DNA of 64,000 nt from an uncultured Porphyromonadaceae bacterium (GCA_947175265.1 CAMWMD010000003.1:49804-113803); one strand, 5' to 3'. Shown: positions 17,392 to 25,982, counted from the first letter of the stretch. The notes: generated by a model from the sequence alone, not told the origin. Program-made: numbers and translations.

Positions 17392-19182
17392 ATGAAATCA
17401 CTTAAGATATATCTTCTCTCCCTCGCAGCCCTCGGCCTGACAGCCTGCAACGACTTCATCGAGGTGCCCCCCACAGGTGTGATCGACGGAGAAACGGCTT
17501 ACTCAGAGCCTGATAAAATGGTGAATGCTGCCTACGCTTCCTTGGGCGACTGCTGGTTTGAATATCCCTTCAATCTATGGCCCTACGGCGACCTCGGCTC
17601 AGACGACTGCCTCAAAGGTGGCGGCGGCACAACCGATACCGGTTACCACCCGATGGAGATTTGGACCACTCTGACCTCTACGGCAGGCGAACTTGACCAG
17701 TTGTGGTATCGTCTCTACTGTAACATCTCACGCTGCAACCGTGCCCTCGTGGCCCTTGACGAGTTTGGTGATGCCAAACTGGGAAAAGAGACAGCCGACC
17801 GCCGTCGCGGTGAGGTACACTTCCTCCGCGGCCACAGTTACTTCAAACTACTGACGATGTTCCGCCAGATACCTTGGGTTGACGAGCACGTGTTCAACAA
17901 CAATCTCCAGGAACAGACCCGTAACGACCAGTTCACCTATCAGGAGTTGTTCCAGAAGGTAATAAATGAGTTCGAACTTGCCTACAACGCTCTTCCGGCA
18001 GAGATGCCTGACGGTGGCGGACGTGCCAACAAGGTGGCGGCAGCGGCTTATCTTGCGAAATGCTACCTTACCATCGCCTGGGGCGACGGCTATGAGGCTT
18101 CCGACGGCGTGAACTTCATCAACACCGAATATATGAACAAGGTTATTGAATATACCGGTGTCGTGGCAAATTCACAATACGACTATCTCGCTGACTACGG
18201 CGATATCTTCCTTCCGGAATATAAGAACAGTTCAGAGTCAGTGTTCGCAGTTCAGACCTCACAATACACCGAAGACAACACGCGCTTCGGACGTGCCAAC
18301 TGGTCGAACACACTCAACGGCTGCTGGGGAATGTGGTCCTGCGGATGGGATTTCCACAAGCCTTCACAGAATCTGGTGAACGCCTTCAAGACAAAGAACG
18401 GTCTTCCCCTCTTTGACGAGTATGACGATACGAATGATTATCCCGTGATGGGTCAACCCTCTACTCAGAAGTGGGATCCGCGTCTCTTCCACACTGTAGG
18501 CATGCCTTCATTCCCCTACAAGTATGAGGCAGAGTATATGATGACGACTGCTAACAGCCGAACACCCAACACTTACGGTTTCTTCACCTCCCTTAAGGAT
18601 GTGCCGCAGCGTAGCGGCGGTGAGACTTTCGAGGGTTCATGGCAGGCTTTCGCAATGAATGACTACGTGTTCCGTTACACAGACGTTATGCTTATGCGTG
18701 CAGAGGCTCTCGTGGAGTTGGGACGCCTTGAGGAGGCAAGGACAATCATCAATGATATCCGCCGCCGTGCAGCGAACTCCATCACCAAGCATATCTCCTA
18801 CGCAGCCGATCTCTGTGAGATCGCCCTTTACCCGGCTTCTGATTTCGCATCAAAAGAGATGGCCCGCGAGCGTCTCCGCTGGGAACGCCGTCTTGAGATG
18901 GCAATGGAGAGTAGCCGTTACTTCGACCTCCGCCGCTGGGGTATCGCCTCCACAGTGCTCAACGCCTACTTCGCTAAAGAGGCTAAGTCAGAGTATAAGT
19001 ATATGGAGAGGGAGAATCCTGAAGATGACGCTGACATGACTATGAAGGAAGTCACCGTGCGTTATGGCCAGTATTACGACGATGCCCACTATACTCCGGG
19101 TAAGAATGAGTTCTATCCCGTGCCTTACAACCAGCTCTACTACGTGCCCGGTCTGTATGTGCAGAACAAAGGTTACAATTGA
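17392..19182 (+). CDS. SusD/RagB-family nutrient-binding lipoprotein (pair 2)
   Basis: 596 aa with lipobox GLTACND and the SusD signature WERRLEMAMESSRYFDLRRWG. Confidence 0.93.
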   Translation: MKSLKIYLLSLAALGLTACNDFIEVPPTGVIDGETAYSEPDKMVNAAYASLGDCWFEYPFNLWPYGDLGSDDCLKGGGGTTDTGYHPMEIWTTLTSTAGELDQLWYRLYCNISRCNRALVALDEFGDAKLGKETADRRRGEVHFLRGHSYFKLLTMFRQIPWVDEHVFNNNLQEQTRNDQFTYQELFQKVINEFELAYNALPAEMPDGGGRANKVAAAAYLAKCYLTIAWGDGYEASDGVNFINTEYMNKVIEYTGVVANSQYDYLADYGDIFLPEYKNSSESVFAVQTSQYTEDNTRFGRANWSNTLNGCWGMWSCGWDFHKPSQNLVNAFKTKNGLPLFDEYDDTNDYPVMGQPSTQKWDPRLFHTVGMPSFPYKYEAEYMMTTANSRTPNTYGFFTSLKDVPQRSGGETFEGSWQAFAMNDYVFRYTDVMLMRAEALVELGRLEEARTIINDIRRRAANSITKHISYAADLCEIALYPASDFASKEMARERLRWERRLEMAMESSRYFDLRRWGIASTVLNAYFAKEAKSEYKYMERENPEDDADMTMKEVTVRYGQYYDDAHYTPGKNEFYPVPYNQLYYVPGLYVQNKGYN

Positions 19183-19249
19183 TACGAAGAGTTTTAGGGA
19201 TTCTACATAGATGAATGGTTACATAATAGGTAAAAGTAAGTAAACACGA

Positions 19250-19283
19250 GGGGAGCCGGCTGTGAAGTCGGCTCCCCTTTTTT
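19250..19283 (+). terminator. Rho-independent terminator after susD (pair 2)
   Basis: Stem GGGGAGCCG / CGGCTCCCC is followed by TTTTTT. The surrounding sequence is homologous to the 11125 terminator. Confidence 0.8.
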
Positions 19284-19286
19284 AGC

Positions 19287-19340
19287 GGGAGAACTGTGAG
19301 GACTGGGAGAACTGTGAGGACTAAGAGATCCGGGAGGACT
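19287..19340 (-). repeat. 9/18-bp tandem repeat array immediately downstream of the purC stop codon
   Basis: The plus strand reads gggagaact gtgaggact gggagaact gtgaggact aagagatcc gggaggact. This includes two perfect 18-bp copies (19287..19304 and 19305..19322). Confidence 0.85.
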
Positions 19341-19342
19341 GC

Positions 19343-20296
19343 TTACAATTTCAGATTGAGGATACAGTTGGTGACGTTGTCCTCGATGCGGGCTGCGAGG
19401 TCGGGGCAGTCAGCCTTCACGAATTTTTGGCCGGTGACGTGCTCGAAGAGTTCGATGTAGCGGTCGGATACGCTTTGGATGAATTCAGGTGTCATCTCGG
19501 GCATCTTCTGGCCCTCCTGACCCATGAAGCCATGGTCGATGAGCCATTGGCGCACGAACTCCTTGCTCAACTGACGCTGCGGCTCACCCTTCTCGAAACG
19601 CTCCTGATAGCCATCGGCGTAGAAATAGCGTGAGGAGTCGGGGGTGTGGATCTCGTCGATGAGTATCACCTTTCCGTCACGAAGACCGAACTCATATTTT
19701 GTGTCGACAAGTATAAGCCCCTTATCAGCGGCCATTTTGGTGCCAAGTTCAAACAGTTTGCGGGTGTATTCCTCCATCACCTTGTAATTCTCCTCGCTCA
19801 CCAACCCCTGGGCGATGATCTCCTCGCGGGAGATGTTCTCGTCATGCCCTTCGGCAGCCTTAGTGGTGGGGGTGATTATCGGCTCGGGGAATTTCTCATT
19901 CTCGCGCATACCCTCGGGGAGCCTCACGCCGCAAAGTTCACGAGCGCCGTTCTTATATTCGCGCCATGCGCTACCGGTGAGGTAGCCGCGTATGATCATC
20001 TCGACAGGGAAAGACTCAGCCTTAACGCCCACGGTGACCATAGGATCAGGCACGGCACGTTTCCAGTTTGGCACGATTTCAGCAGAGGCATCAAGGAAGT
20101 AGGCTGCGATCTGATTCAGCACCTGCCCTTTATAAGGGATGCCTTCCGGGAGAATAACGTCAAAAGCGGAGATACGGTCTGTGGCCACCATCACCATCAC
20201 GTCGTCGTTGATAGTGTAGACGTCACGCACCTTGCCGTGGTATACGGCTGTCTGACCGGGAAATTCAAAATCGGTCTTTACCAAAGTTGTTGCCAT
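19343..20296 (-). CDS. purC: Phosphoribosylaminoimidazole-succinocarboxamide (SAICAR) synthase
   Basis: 317 aa with a long-form PurC N-terminus ([30 protein letters not shown]) and the conserved [11 protein letters not shown] block. Confidence 0.93.
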   Translation of the reverse strand: MATTLVKTDFEFPGQTAVYHGKVRDVYTINDDVMVMVATDRISAFDVILPEGIPYKGQVLNQIAAYFLDASAEIVPNWKRAVPDPMVTVGVKAESFPVEMIIRGYLTGSAWREYKNGARELCGVRLPEGMRENEKFPEPIITPTTKAAEGHDENISREEIIAQGLVSEENYKVMEEYTRKLFELGTKMAADKGLILVDTKYEFGLRDGKVILIDEIHTPDSSRYFYADGYQERFEKGEPQRQLSKEFVRQWLIDHGFMGQEGQKMPEMTPEFIQSVSDRYIELFEHVTGQKFVKADCPDLAARIEDNVTNCILNLKL

Positions 20297-20558
20297 TTTA
20301 TTTATGATTCTAAAGGGATTGATTTTATAAAGAAAAAATTTAAACTACTTCTAAATTATTACAATGCGAAATTACAAATTTTCTGCGAAAACTGAGTAAA
20401 ACATACATCCTATAATGGCAAATAGGGTATAATTATGGAATAATCGGTTAATAATGAATAATTCTGTTGCAGATATACCCTCGGTTACGCGAAAAATGCT
20501 TAAATTCGCATGAAAATACGTCGCCGTTAAGGATGACGCAGTAAAACCAACCTTATTC

Positions 20559-21920
20559 ATGGAGTCCAAGAAATACATTCTACAGGAAAAAGATATACCG
20601 ACAGCATGGTATAATGTGATGGCAGAGATGCCCGAGAAGCCCCGCCCGATGCTCAATCCGGCGACCAAACAACCGTTGACGGCCGAAGACCTCTTCCCCC
20701 TCTTCACGGAGGAGGCTGCTCGTCAGGAACTGAACGCCACCGACAAATGGATTGAAATCCCCGAGGAGGTGCGCGATATGTACCGCATCTGGCGTCCGAC
20801 ACCTCTTGTGCGCGCACGCGGACTGGAGAAGGCACTCGGCACAAAAGCCCACATATACTTCAAGAACGAGAGCGTAAGCCCTGTGGGCTCACATAAGTTG
20901 AACTCGGCCATACCGCAGGCTTACTATGCCAAGAAGCAGGGTGTGACCAACATCACCACTGAGACTGGAGCCGGACAGTGGGGCGCTGCCCTGTCGCTGG
21001 CGGCAAAGCATTTCGGTCTGGACCTCGCCGTGTATATGGTGAAGGTAAGTTATCATCAGAAACCTTACCGCCGCTCAATCATGGAGACTTACGGGGCGGA
21101 GGTGATAGCCTCTCCGAGTATGTCGACAAAAGCAGGGCGGAAGATCATTACGGAGCATCCCAATTATCAGGGTTCTCTCGGCACGGCGATATCCGAGGCT
21201 GTGGAACTCGCAATGAGCACCCCGAACTGCAAATATGCACTCGGCTCGGTGCTTAATCATGTGGCCCTTCATCAGACTGTGATTGGCCTGGAGGCCGAGA
21301 AGCAGATGGAGATGGCAGGGGAGATGCCTGACGTGGTGATCGGATGTTTCGGCGGCGGAAGCAATTTCTCCGGAATATCCTTCCCTTTCATGCGCCATAA
21401 CTTCAGTGGCGAACGCAACACCCGTTTCATCGCGGCCGAGCCGCAATCTTGCCCGAAACTCACAAGGGGTGTGCTTCAGTATGATTTCGGCGATGAGGCC
21501 GGGTATACACCTCTTATCCCGATGTACACGCTGGGTCATAATTTCTCTCCGGCCAACATTCATGCGGGAGGATTGCGTTATCATGGCGCCGGCGCTGTGG
21601 TGAGCCAGTTGCGCTCACAAGGCTTCATTGAGGCTGTAGACATACCTCAGACGGAGACTTTCGAGGCGGCTCATCTTTTCGCGCAGAGCGAGGGTATCAT
21701 CCCGGCTCCGGAGAGCAGCCACGCGATAGCAGCGGCCATTAGGGAGGCAAAGAAGGCTAACGAGGAGGGCACGGCCCCCGTAATCCTGTTCAATCTCTCA
21801 GGCCACGGATTGATCGATATGACTGCATACGACCAGTATCATAGCGGCGATCTCTCCGACTATGTAGTGCCCGAGGAGGAGATAAAGGGGAATACCGAAT
21901 CTCTGGAGAAGATAATCTAA
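20559..21920 (+). CDS. TrpB-like (TrpB2-type) PLP-dependent enzyme
   Basis: 453 aa, the long form typical of the TrpB2 class. It has the PLP-lysine context SVSPVGSHKLNSA and GGGSNFSG. No other trp genes are adjacent. Confidence 0.85.
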   Translation: MESKKYILQEKDIPTAWYNVMAEMPEKPRPMLNPATKQPLTAEDLFPLFTEEAARQELNATDKWIEIPEEVRDMYRIWRPTPLVRARGLEKALGTKAHIYFKNESVSPVGSHKLNSAIPQAYYAKKQGVTNITTETGAGQWGAALSLAAKHFGLDLAVYMVKVSYHQKPYRRSIMETYGAEVIASPSMSTKAGRKIITEHPNYQGSLGTAISEAVELAMSTPNCKYALGSVLNHVALHQTVIGLEAEKQMEMAGEMPDVVIGCFGGGSNFSGISFPFMRHNFSGERNTRFIAAEPQSCPKLTRGVLQYDFGDEAGYTPLIPMYTLGHNFSPANIHAGGLRYHGAGAVVSQLRSQGFIEAVDIPQTETFEAAHLFAQSEGIIPAPESSHAIAAAIREAKKANEEGTAPVILFNLSGHGLIDMTAYDQYHSGDLSDYVVPEEEIKGNTESLEKII

Positions 21921-21975
21921 ACCGGGGCTCAGATAATCTAATCCGAGGATGAGATATTGCCGCGGCTTAGATAGG
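21909..21975 (+). repeat. Phased AGATA-containing direct repeats overlapping the trpB2-like stop codon
   Basis: AGATAATCTAA occurs at 21909 (including the stop codon) and 21930. AGATA occurs again at 21951 and 21969, giving spacings of 21, 21 and 18 bp. Confidence 0.7.
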
Positions 21976-21990
21976 AAATATATAAAATAA

Positions 21991-22045
21991 TTGTGCGGGT
22001 GTGAGTGAAACCATGGGTCAACTCACATCCGCACAATGATTTTTA
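21991..22045 (+). terminator. Rho-independent terminator after the trpB2-like gene
   Basis: A 16-bp stem (TTGTGCGGGTGTGAGT / ACTCACATCCGCACAA, one G-U pair) is followed by TGATTTTTATTT. Confidence 0.8.
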
Positions 22046-22090
22046 TTTATCAGAATTTTATCTTTTTATTTTCAGAAACCCCTGCGGGGA

Positions 22091-22357
22091 TTATTCGGTG
22101 AATACATATTCTGCGGCAATCTCGGCTATGGCATCTTCATCCGGGACCCAGCGTCCGGGCTCCGTAGTGCTCATGCTGACGAGATCCATCATGGGATAGT
22201 AGTCGCAGTTGGGGAGGTCGTTTTCGGGGTCGGCTATCTCGAGTTGCCAGGTAGTCGTGTCAATCTGAAGTTGCACGTCGTCGCTGTAGGCTTCTTCATC
22301 TGCGATATATTCCTTTACTATCTCCCGTAAGGAGGCTATGAAATCTTTTGTATTCAT
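22091..22357 (-). CDS. Small acidic hypothetical protein (88 aa)
   Basis: It is a clean ORF with genome-typical GC. Its start is 13 nt downstream of the PIN gene stop on the same strand. A weak hairpin (ccccgcagggg + T-rich run) follows its stop on the minus strand. It is very Asp/Glu-rich, and I recognise no family. Confidence 0.55.
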   Translation of the reverse strand: MNTKDFIASLREIVKEYIADEEAYSDDVQLQIDTTTWQLEIADPENDLPNCDYYPMMDLVSMSTTEPGRWVPDEDAIAEIAAEYVFTE

Positions 22358-22370
22358 TTATTGAGATTAT

Positions 22371-22778
22371 TTAAGAGTGAGCATTTATAAATTCTTCAGG
22401 ACTATATATAGGCAGCTTAGAAAACTTAAAATCATTCTCATTGCGAGTAACTATACAATCACAATGATTTTCAAGTGCTGTAAAATATTGAAGAGCATCT
22501 TCAAAGTCATTGGTTTTTTCTTCGATACTAAGTTTTATGTGCTGAAGATTATTAGGTAGAACTTTAAATATTGTGGTAATGGAGGAGAGATTTTTAAGAA
22601 GCACTTCTTTAGGTAATTTCCTACAAATGTAAGCATAATTGGCTACTGTAAGGAAACTTACGTAGAAAATACATCCGTTTTTGACACCTATCTTAAGCAG
22701 ATTCTGTGCCGTTTCTTTATAATTATCACGCACTGTCAGATCTACTATGAAATTAGTATCCAAAAATATATGTTTCAT
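22371..22778 (-). CDS. PIN-domain (VapC-like) toxin
   Basis: 135 aa with the PIN acidic residues in context: IFLDTNFIVD, DFEDALQ and IVTRNENDF. It overlaps the upstream small gene by 4 nt. The region is AT-rich. Confidence 0.85.
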   Translation of the reverse strand: MKHIFLDTNFIVDLTVRDNYKETAQNLLKIGVKNGCIFYVSFLTVANYAYICRKLPKEVLLKNLSSITTIFKVLPNNLQHIKLSIEEKTNDFEDALQYFTALENHCDCIVTRNENDFKFSKLPIYSPEEFINAHS

Positions 22779-23011
22779 TTGCCTAATATATATTTGGTTC
22801 GGGGATCATTTAAGTCAATGATAGAAGAATCAGTACTGTTGCTTAAGTTCATCATTTCATTAATCCACTCATCATGTGACGTATCTGTTATCTTATTGGA
22901 AGAATCCATTTTGAAGATTTTTACTTTAGATACGCCTTTTATATTTTCTATGATTTTTTTTAGCAGAGTGGTGTCTGCCGATGAATCAAGAGTCGCTATT
23001 AATTGTGTCAT
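22775..23011 (-). CDS. Putative cognate antitoxin of the PIN toxin
   Basis: This 78-aa ORF overlaps the PIN start by 4 nt (typical type II TA coupling) and has the same AT-rich composition. I recognise no family. Confidence 0.55.
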   Translation of the reverse strand: MTQLIATLDSSADTTLLKKIIENIKGVSKVKIFKMDSSNKITDTSHDEWINEMMNLSNSTDSSIIDLNDPRTKYILGK

Positions 23012-23020
23012 AATTGAAGT

Positions 23021-23620
23021 TTAGAAATCGAAGATTATGTTTGCGGCCACATTCCAGCCGTCGGTATGAAGTTTCATTCCTGCCGGAGTGCTTTCCTTCA
23101 CGGCGTTCCCGAGTCCGAAACGGTAGCCTGCCGTAAGTTGGATGAAGTTGATGATGTCAATACCTATCCCCAGATCCCATCCGGGTTGAAATGCCTTTGT
23201 GGAGAGGGGAGTGGCATCCTTATGATCGAGACGGAACATCAGGGAGGGCCCGGTGTAGACCATAGGAGCAACGAGATTCTTGGTCTTCGACAGGAAAAAT
23301 TTATACTTCAGGTGTAGGGGCACTTCTATGAAGTTTCTGCCAAACGACACCGGGGACGCCTCGGCACTTACCTCACGGGAATTGTAGCGGGTGTATAACA
23401 CTGCTATGTCAGGGGCGAAACCGTTCTTCTCCATCTGCCATTCAAGCATCAGGCCACCGCTGAACCCGCTTCCGTTTTTCAGTGAAATTCCGGGAGCATC
23501 GTCAAGATGTGCCTTGGCGAATGAGCCGCCGAATCTGAAGCCGTAGCGCAACTGTGCCTCCGCAGGGATGCAAAACGACAGCATGAGGATAGAAAAGAGG
23601 AAAAGGGATAATTTTTTCAT
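23021..23620 (-). CDS. Small outer-membrane beta-barrel protein (OmpA-N/OmpW-like porin family)
   Basis: 199 aa with a signal peptide (FCIPAEAQ) and alternating beta-strand pattern. It ends in the aromatic ...ANIIFDF. Confidence 0.75.
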   Translation of the reverse strand: MKKLSLFLFSILMLSFCIPAEAQLRYGFRFGGSFAKAHLDDAPGISLKNGSGFSGGLMLEWQMEKNGFAPDIAVLYTRYNSREVSAEASPVSFGRNFIEVPLHLKYKFFLSKTKNLVAPMVYTGPSLMFRLDHKDATPLSTKAFQPGWDLGIGIDIINFIQLTAGYRFGLGNAVKESTPAGMKLHTDGWNVAANIIFDF

Positions 23621-23653
23621 CTAAGTTTCAGTTTTATCCGCAAATTTAATCAA

Positions 23654-24970
23654 TTATTTTGAATTACCTTCCCCCTTAGCCGATGAATCGGCACTGTCGG
23701 CTGCGGAGGGTACACCGGTTGCCGTCGCGCTCTGCGGGTCAGCCTCAAGGTCGGCAGGGAGTATGCGTGAGAGGCGTGTGAACACAAGCACGAGCACGGA
23801 AAGTGAGAGTATGGTTATGGCCGTGGAGTGGAGGATGTCGCCCAGACCGACGAGGGGGCTTACGATGGCGCCGAATACGTATCCCATCAGCCCTATGAGA
23901 GCCGAGGCATCGCCGGCACATTGTCTCCCTTCGTTCATGGCGAGAGTGTTGCCGACTGTGAAGAGCATCCCGAGGCAGAAGAGCATAGGGAGATTGAGGG
24001 CTTCATACACCCAGACGTTATTTACCGTGAAGAAACAGATGAATTGCGCTATGGCAACGGCCATCATCCCTCTGCCGCCAAAGAGAGCCGCTCGTTTGAG
24101 GGGTTTGAATCTCAGAGCCACCATTGACCCGAATGCCACGAAGAGTGCGTTGAAGCCCATGAACAGGCCGAACTGGAGTTGGGTGTAGCCGTAATGGTCC
24201 TGAATGATGAAGGGGGCGGAGGAAATGTATGCGAACAGGACTCCGAGGGCAGTGCCTTTGAGCATGACATGGACTACGAAATGCTTGTTGCGCGAAAGTA
24301 TGGCGTAATTCTTGAAAGCGGCGCCGAAGTGTCCTTTCACACGCCGTGAGGGTGGGAGTGATTCCTTGAAGGCGGGAGTCAGGATGAGGAGTAGTGTGCT
24401 GAATCCGAAAAGAATCCAGAAAATGCCTTGCCACCCTACGGAGCGCGCTACAAGACCGCCGATGACGGGTGCGCTGGCCGGGGCGAAACCGTTGATTGCC
24501 CCTACGAGAGCCATGACTTTGGCGAGAGCGCGACCTTTGTAAAGGTCGGCCGGGATTGTACGTGCGAGGAAGTAGCCTCCGGAGGCCCCGAGACCCTGTA
24601 CGAGTCGCCACCATATAAATACATGGATTGTCTTTGACCATACACTGCACATCGCGCCGATACAGAAGACTATCAGCGCACCGATGAGAATCGGTTTTCG
24701 TCCGAATCTGTCGCTCAGGGGGCCGAGTATGAGTTCGCCGAATCCGAGACCAATCATACCGAATGTGAGACCCAACTGTACGGTTGAGGTTGTGGTATGG
24801 AAAGATCGCACCATCTCCGGAAGTGTGGGGAGATACATATCGTTGACGAATGAGCCGAAGGCACTGAGGAGGACAAGGTATATTATCAGGAATGCGTAAT
24901 ATCCCCCGGACGGGCTTTGCGTGGAGCCGGAAGAGGGGTTGGTGGAAGATTGGTCGGTCATATTTTTCAT
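23654..24970 (-). CDS. MFS transporter, Bcr/CflA-type drug-resistance family
   Basis: 438 aa with 12 predicted TM segments and the MFS motif GPLSDRFGRKPIL between TM2 and TM3. Confidence 0.85.
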   Translation of the reverse strand: MKNMTDQSSTNPSSGSTQSPSGGYYAFLIIYLVLLSAFGSFVNDMYLPTLPEMVRSFHTTTSTVQLGLTFGMIGLGFGELILGPLSDRFGRKPILIGALIVFCIGAMCSVWSKTIHVFIWWRLVQGLGASGGYFLARTIPADLYKGRALAKVMALVGAINGFAPASAPVIGGLVARSVGWQGIFWILFGFSTLLLILTPAFKESLPPSRRVKGHFGAAFKNYAILSRNKHFVVHVMLKGTALGVLFAYISSAPFIIQDHYGYTQLQFGLFMGFNALFVAFGSMVALRFKPLKRAALFGGRGMMAVAIAQFICFFTVNNVWVYEALNLPMLFCLGMLFTVGNTLAMNEGRQCAGDASALIGLMGYVFGAIVSPLVGLGDILHSTAITILSLSVLVLVFTRLSRILPADLEADPQSATATGVPSAADSADSSAKGEGNSK

Positions 24971-25161
24971 AGTTTATACTCAATAGAAACAAATCCTTAT
25001 CGGGATAAGTTCAGGATAAGGGGGTATGCGCCGAAACCCCGAATGGCATGACGGGAACTATTGCTGCCGAATCAGAAAGATTGTGGGAAGAAGGTATCTT
25101 GGATCAGGAAAAGTTGGATGAGTTGCGGAAAGAGGATTTACATGCCACAATTATAAACTGA

Positions 25162-25199
25162 AAGATGACAGTTTCGAATGAGAGAAACTGTCATCTTTT
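25162..25199. terminator. Bidirectional hairpin terminator between the MFS gene and tyrA
   Basis: A 14-bp perfect stem (AAGATGACAGTTTC / GAAACTGTCATCTT) is flanked by A/T runs on both sides. Confidence 0.7.
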
Positions 25200-25208
25200 G
25201 TATATGTG

Positions 25209-25982
25209 TCATTTTATGTTGTTGCGGAGTTTGGTTAGGAAAGCCTTCATCGCTTCCGTGTCGTGTTTCTCCACGATTTGCTGCAATTCGCCGAGTTGCG
25301 TGCGGATTTTCTCAAGTTGTTGCGGAGTATAGGGATTGAACATGATTTCGCTGAGGAGATGGTCGTCTTCGCCAAGCACGCCTCTTGCTATGTCATGGTG
25401 ACGCTTGAATGTCGTTCCGGGGGCATCCTGGTGTTTCATTATTCCGGCGAAAACGAATGTTGAGGCGAACGGTATGCCAAGGGAGTAGGCCATTGTCTCG
25501 TCATGTTCATCGAAAGTGTATTCAACGACATTAAGTTTGAGCTCGTTATAGATATCCTTGAAGAATACCCTTCCTAAATGATCGCCTTCTTTAATTATCA
25601 CGGCGTTTTCGTTGCGCAAGTTTGAGAGCGATGCAAAAGTCGGACCAAACATGGGGTGGGTGCTGACGAAAGGATGACCTGCGCGGGCGTAAAAATCAGG
25701 AAGTCCGGTTTTCACTGAAGCAATGTCGCTGAGTATGGCATTCTCCCTTATATAGGGTAGGATATTCTCGAAAGCCTGTATCGTATATTTCACGGTCGCG
25801 GCATTGAGCACCATATCCGGGTCGAAAGCCTTAATCTCCTCGGGGTCGGAAAACCGTTGCACGTTGAAGGTGAAACGCAGACGCTGAGGGTCGGGGTCGT
25901 AAATGGCCACGTCATGCCGGAACGAGAGAAGATCGCAGAAGAAGGAGCCCATCTTTCCGGCTCCCAGTATCAGAATTTTCAT
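25209..25982 (-). CDS. tyrA: Prephenate dehydrogenase
   Basis: The Rossmann start is MKILILGAGKMGSFF. I chose the internal Met at 25982 because a perfect -7 box (26007..26014) lies inside the longer tracked ORF (to 26060). Confidence 0.8.
   Translation of the reverse strand: MKILILGAGKMGSFFCDLLSFRHDVAIYDPDPQRLRFTFNVQRFSDPEEIKAFDPDMVLNAATVKYTIQAFENILPYIRENAILSDIASVKTGLPDFYARAGHPFVSTHPMFGPTFASLSNLRNENAVIIKEGDHLGRVFFKDIYNELKLNVVEYTFDEHDETMAYSLGIPFASTFVFAGIMKHQDAPGTTFKRHHDIARGVLGEDDHLLSEIMFNPYTPQQLEKIRTQLGELQQIVEKHDTEAMKAFLTKLRNNIK

Noticed and set aside
19287-19340. Whether the short tandem arrays (19287, 21909, 51675, 55645) could be CRISPR arrays or minisatellite-encoded peptides.
   Set aside because: The units are 9-21 bp with no unique spacers and no cas genes, so they are not CRISPR arrays. 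All reading frames through them contain stops or give only ~20-aa peptides without start signals.
20372-20707. A 111-aa minus-strand ORF in the purC/trpB2 divergent region.
   Set aside because: It overlaps the start of the well-supported trpB2-like gene, has no motif and has AT-rich low-complexity sequence. It is more likely promoter DNA.
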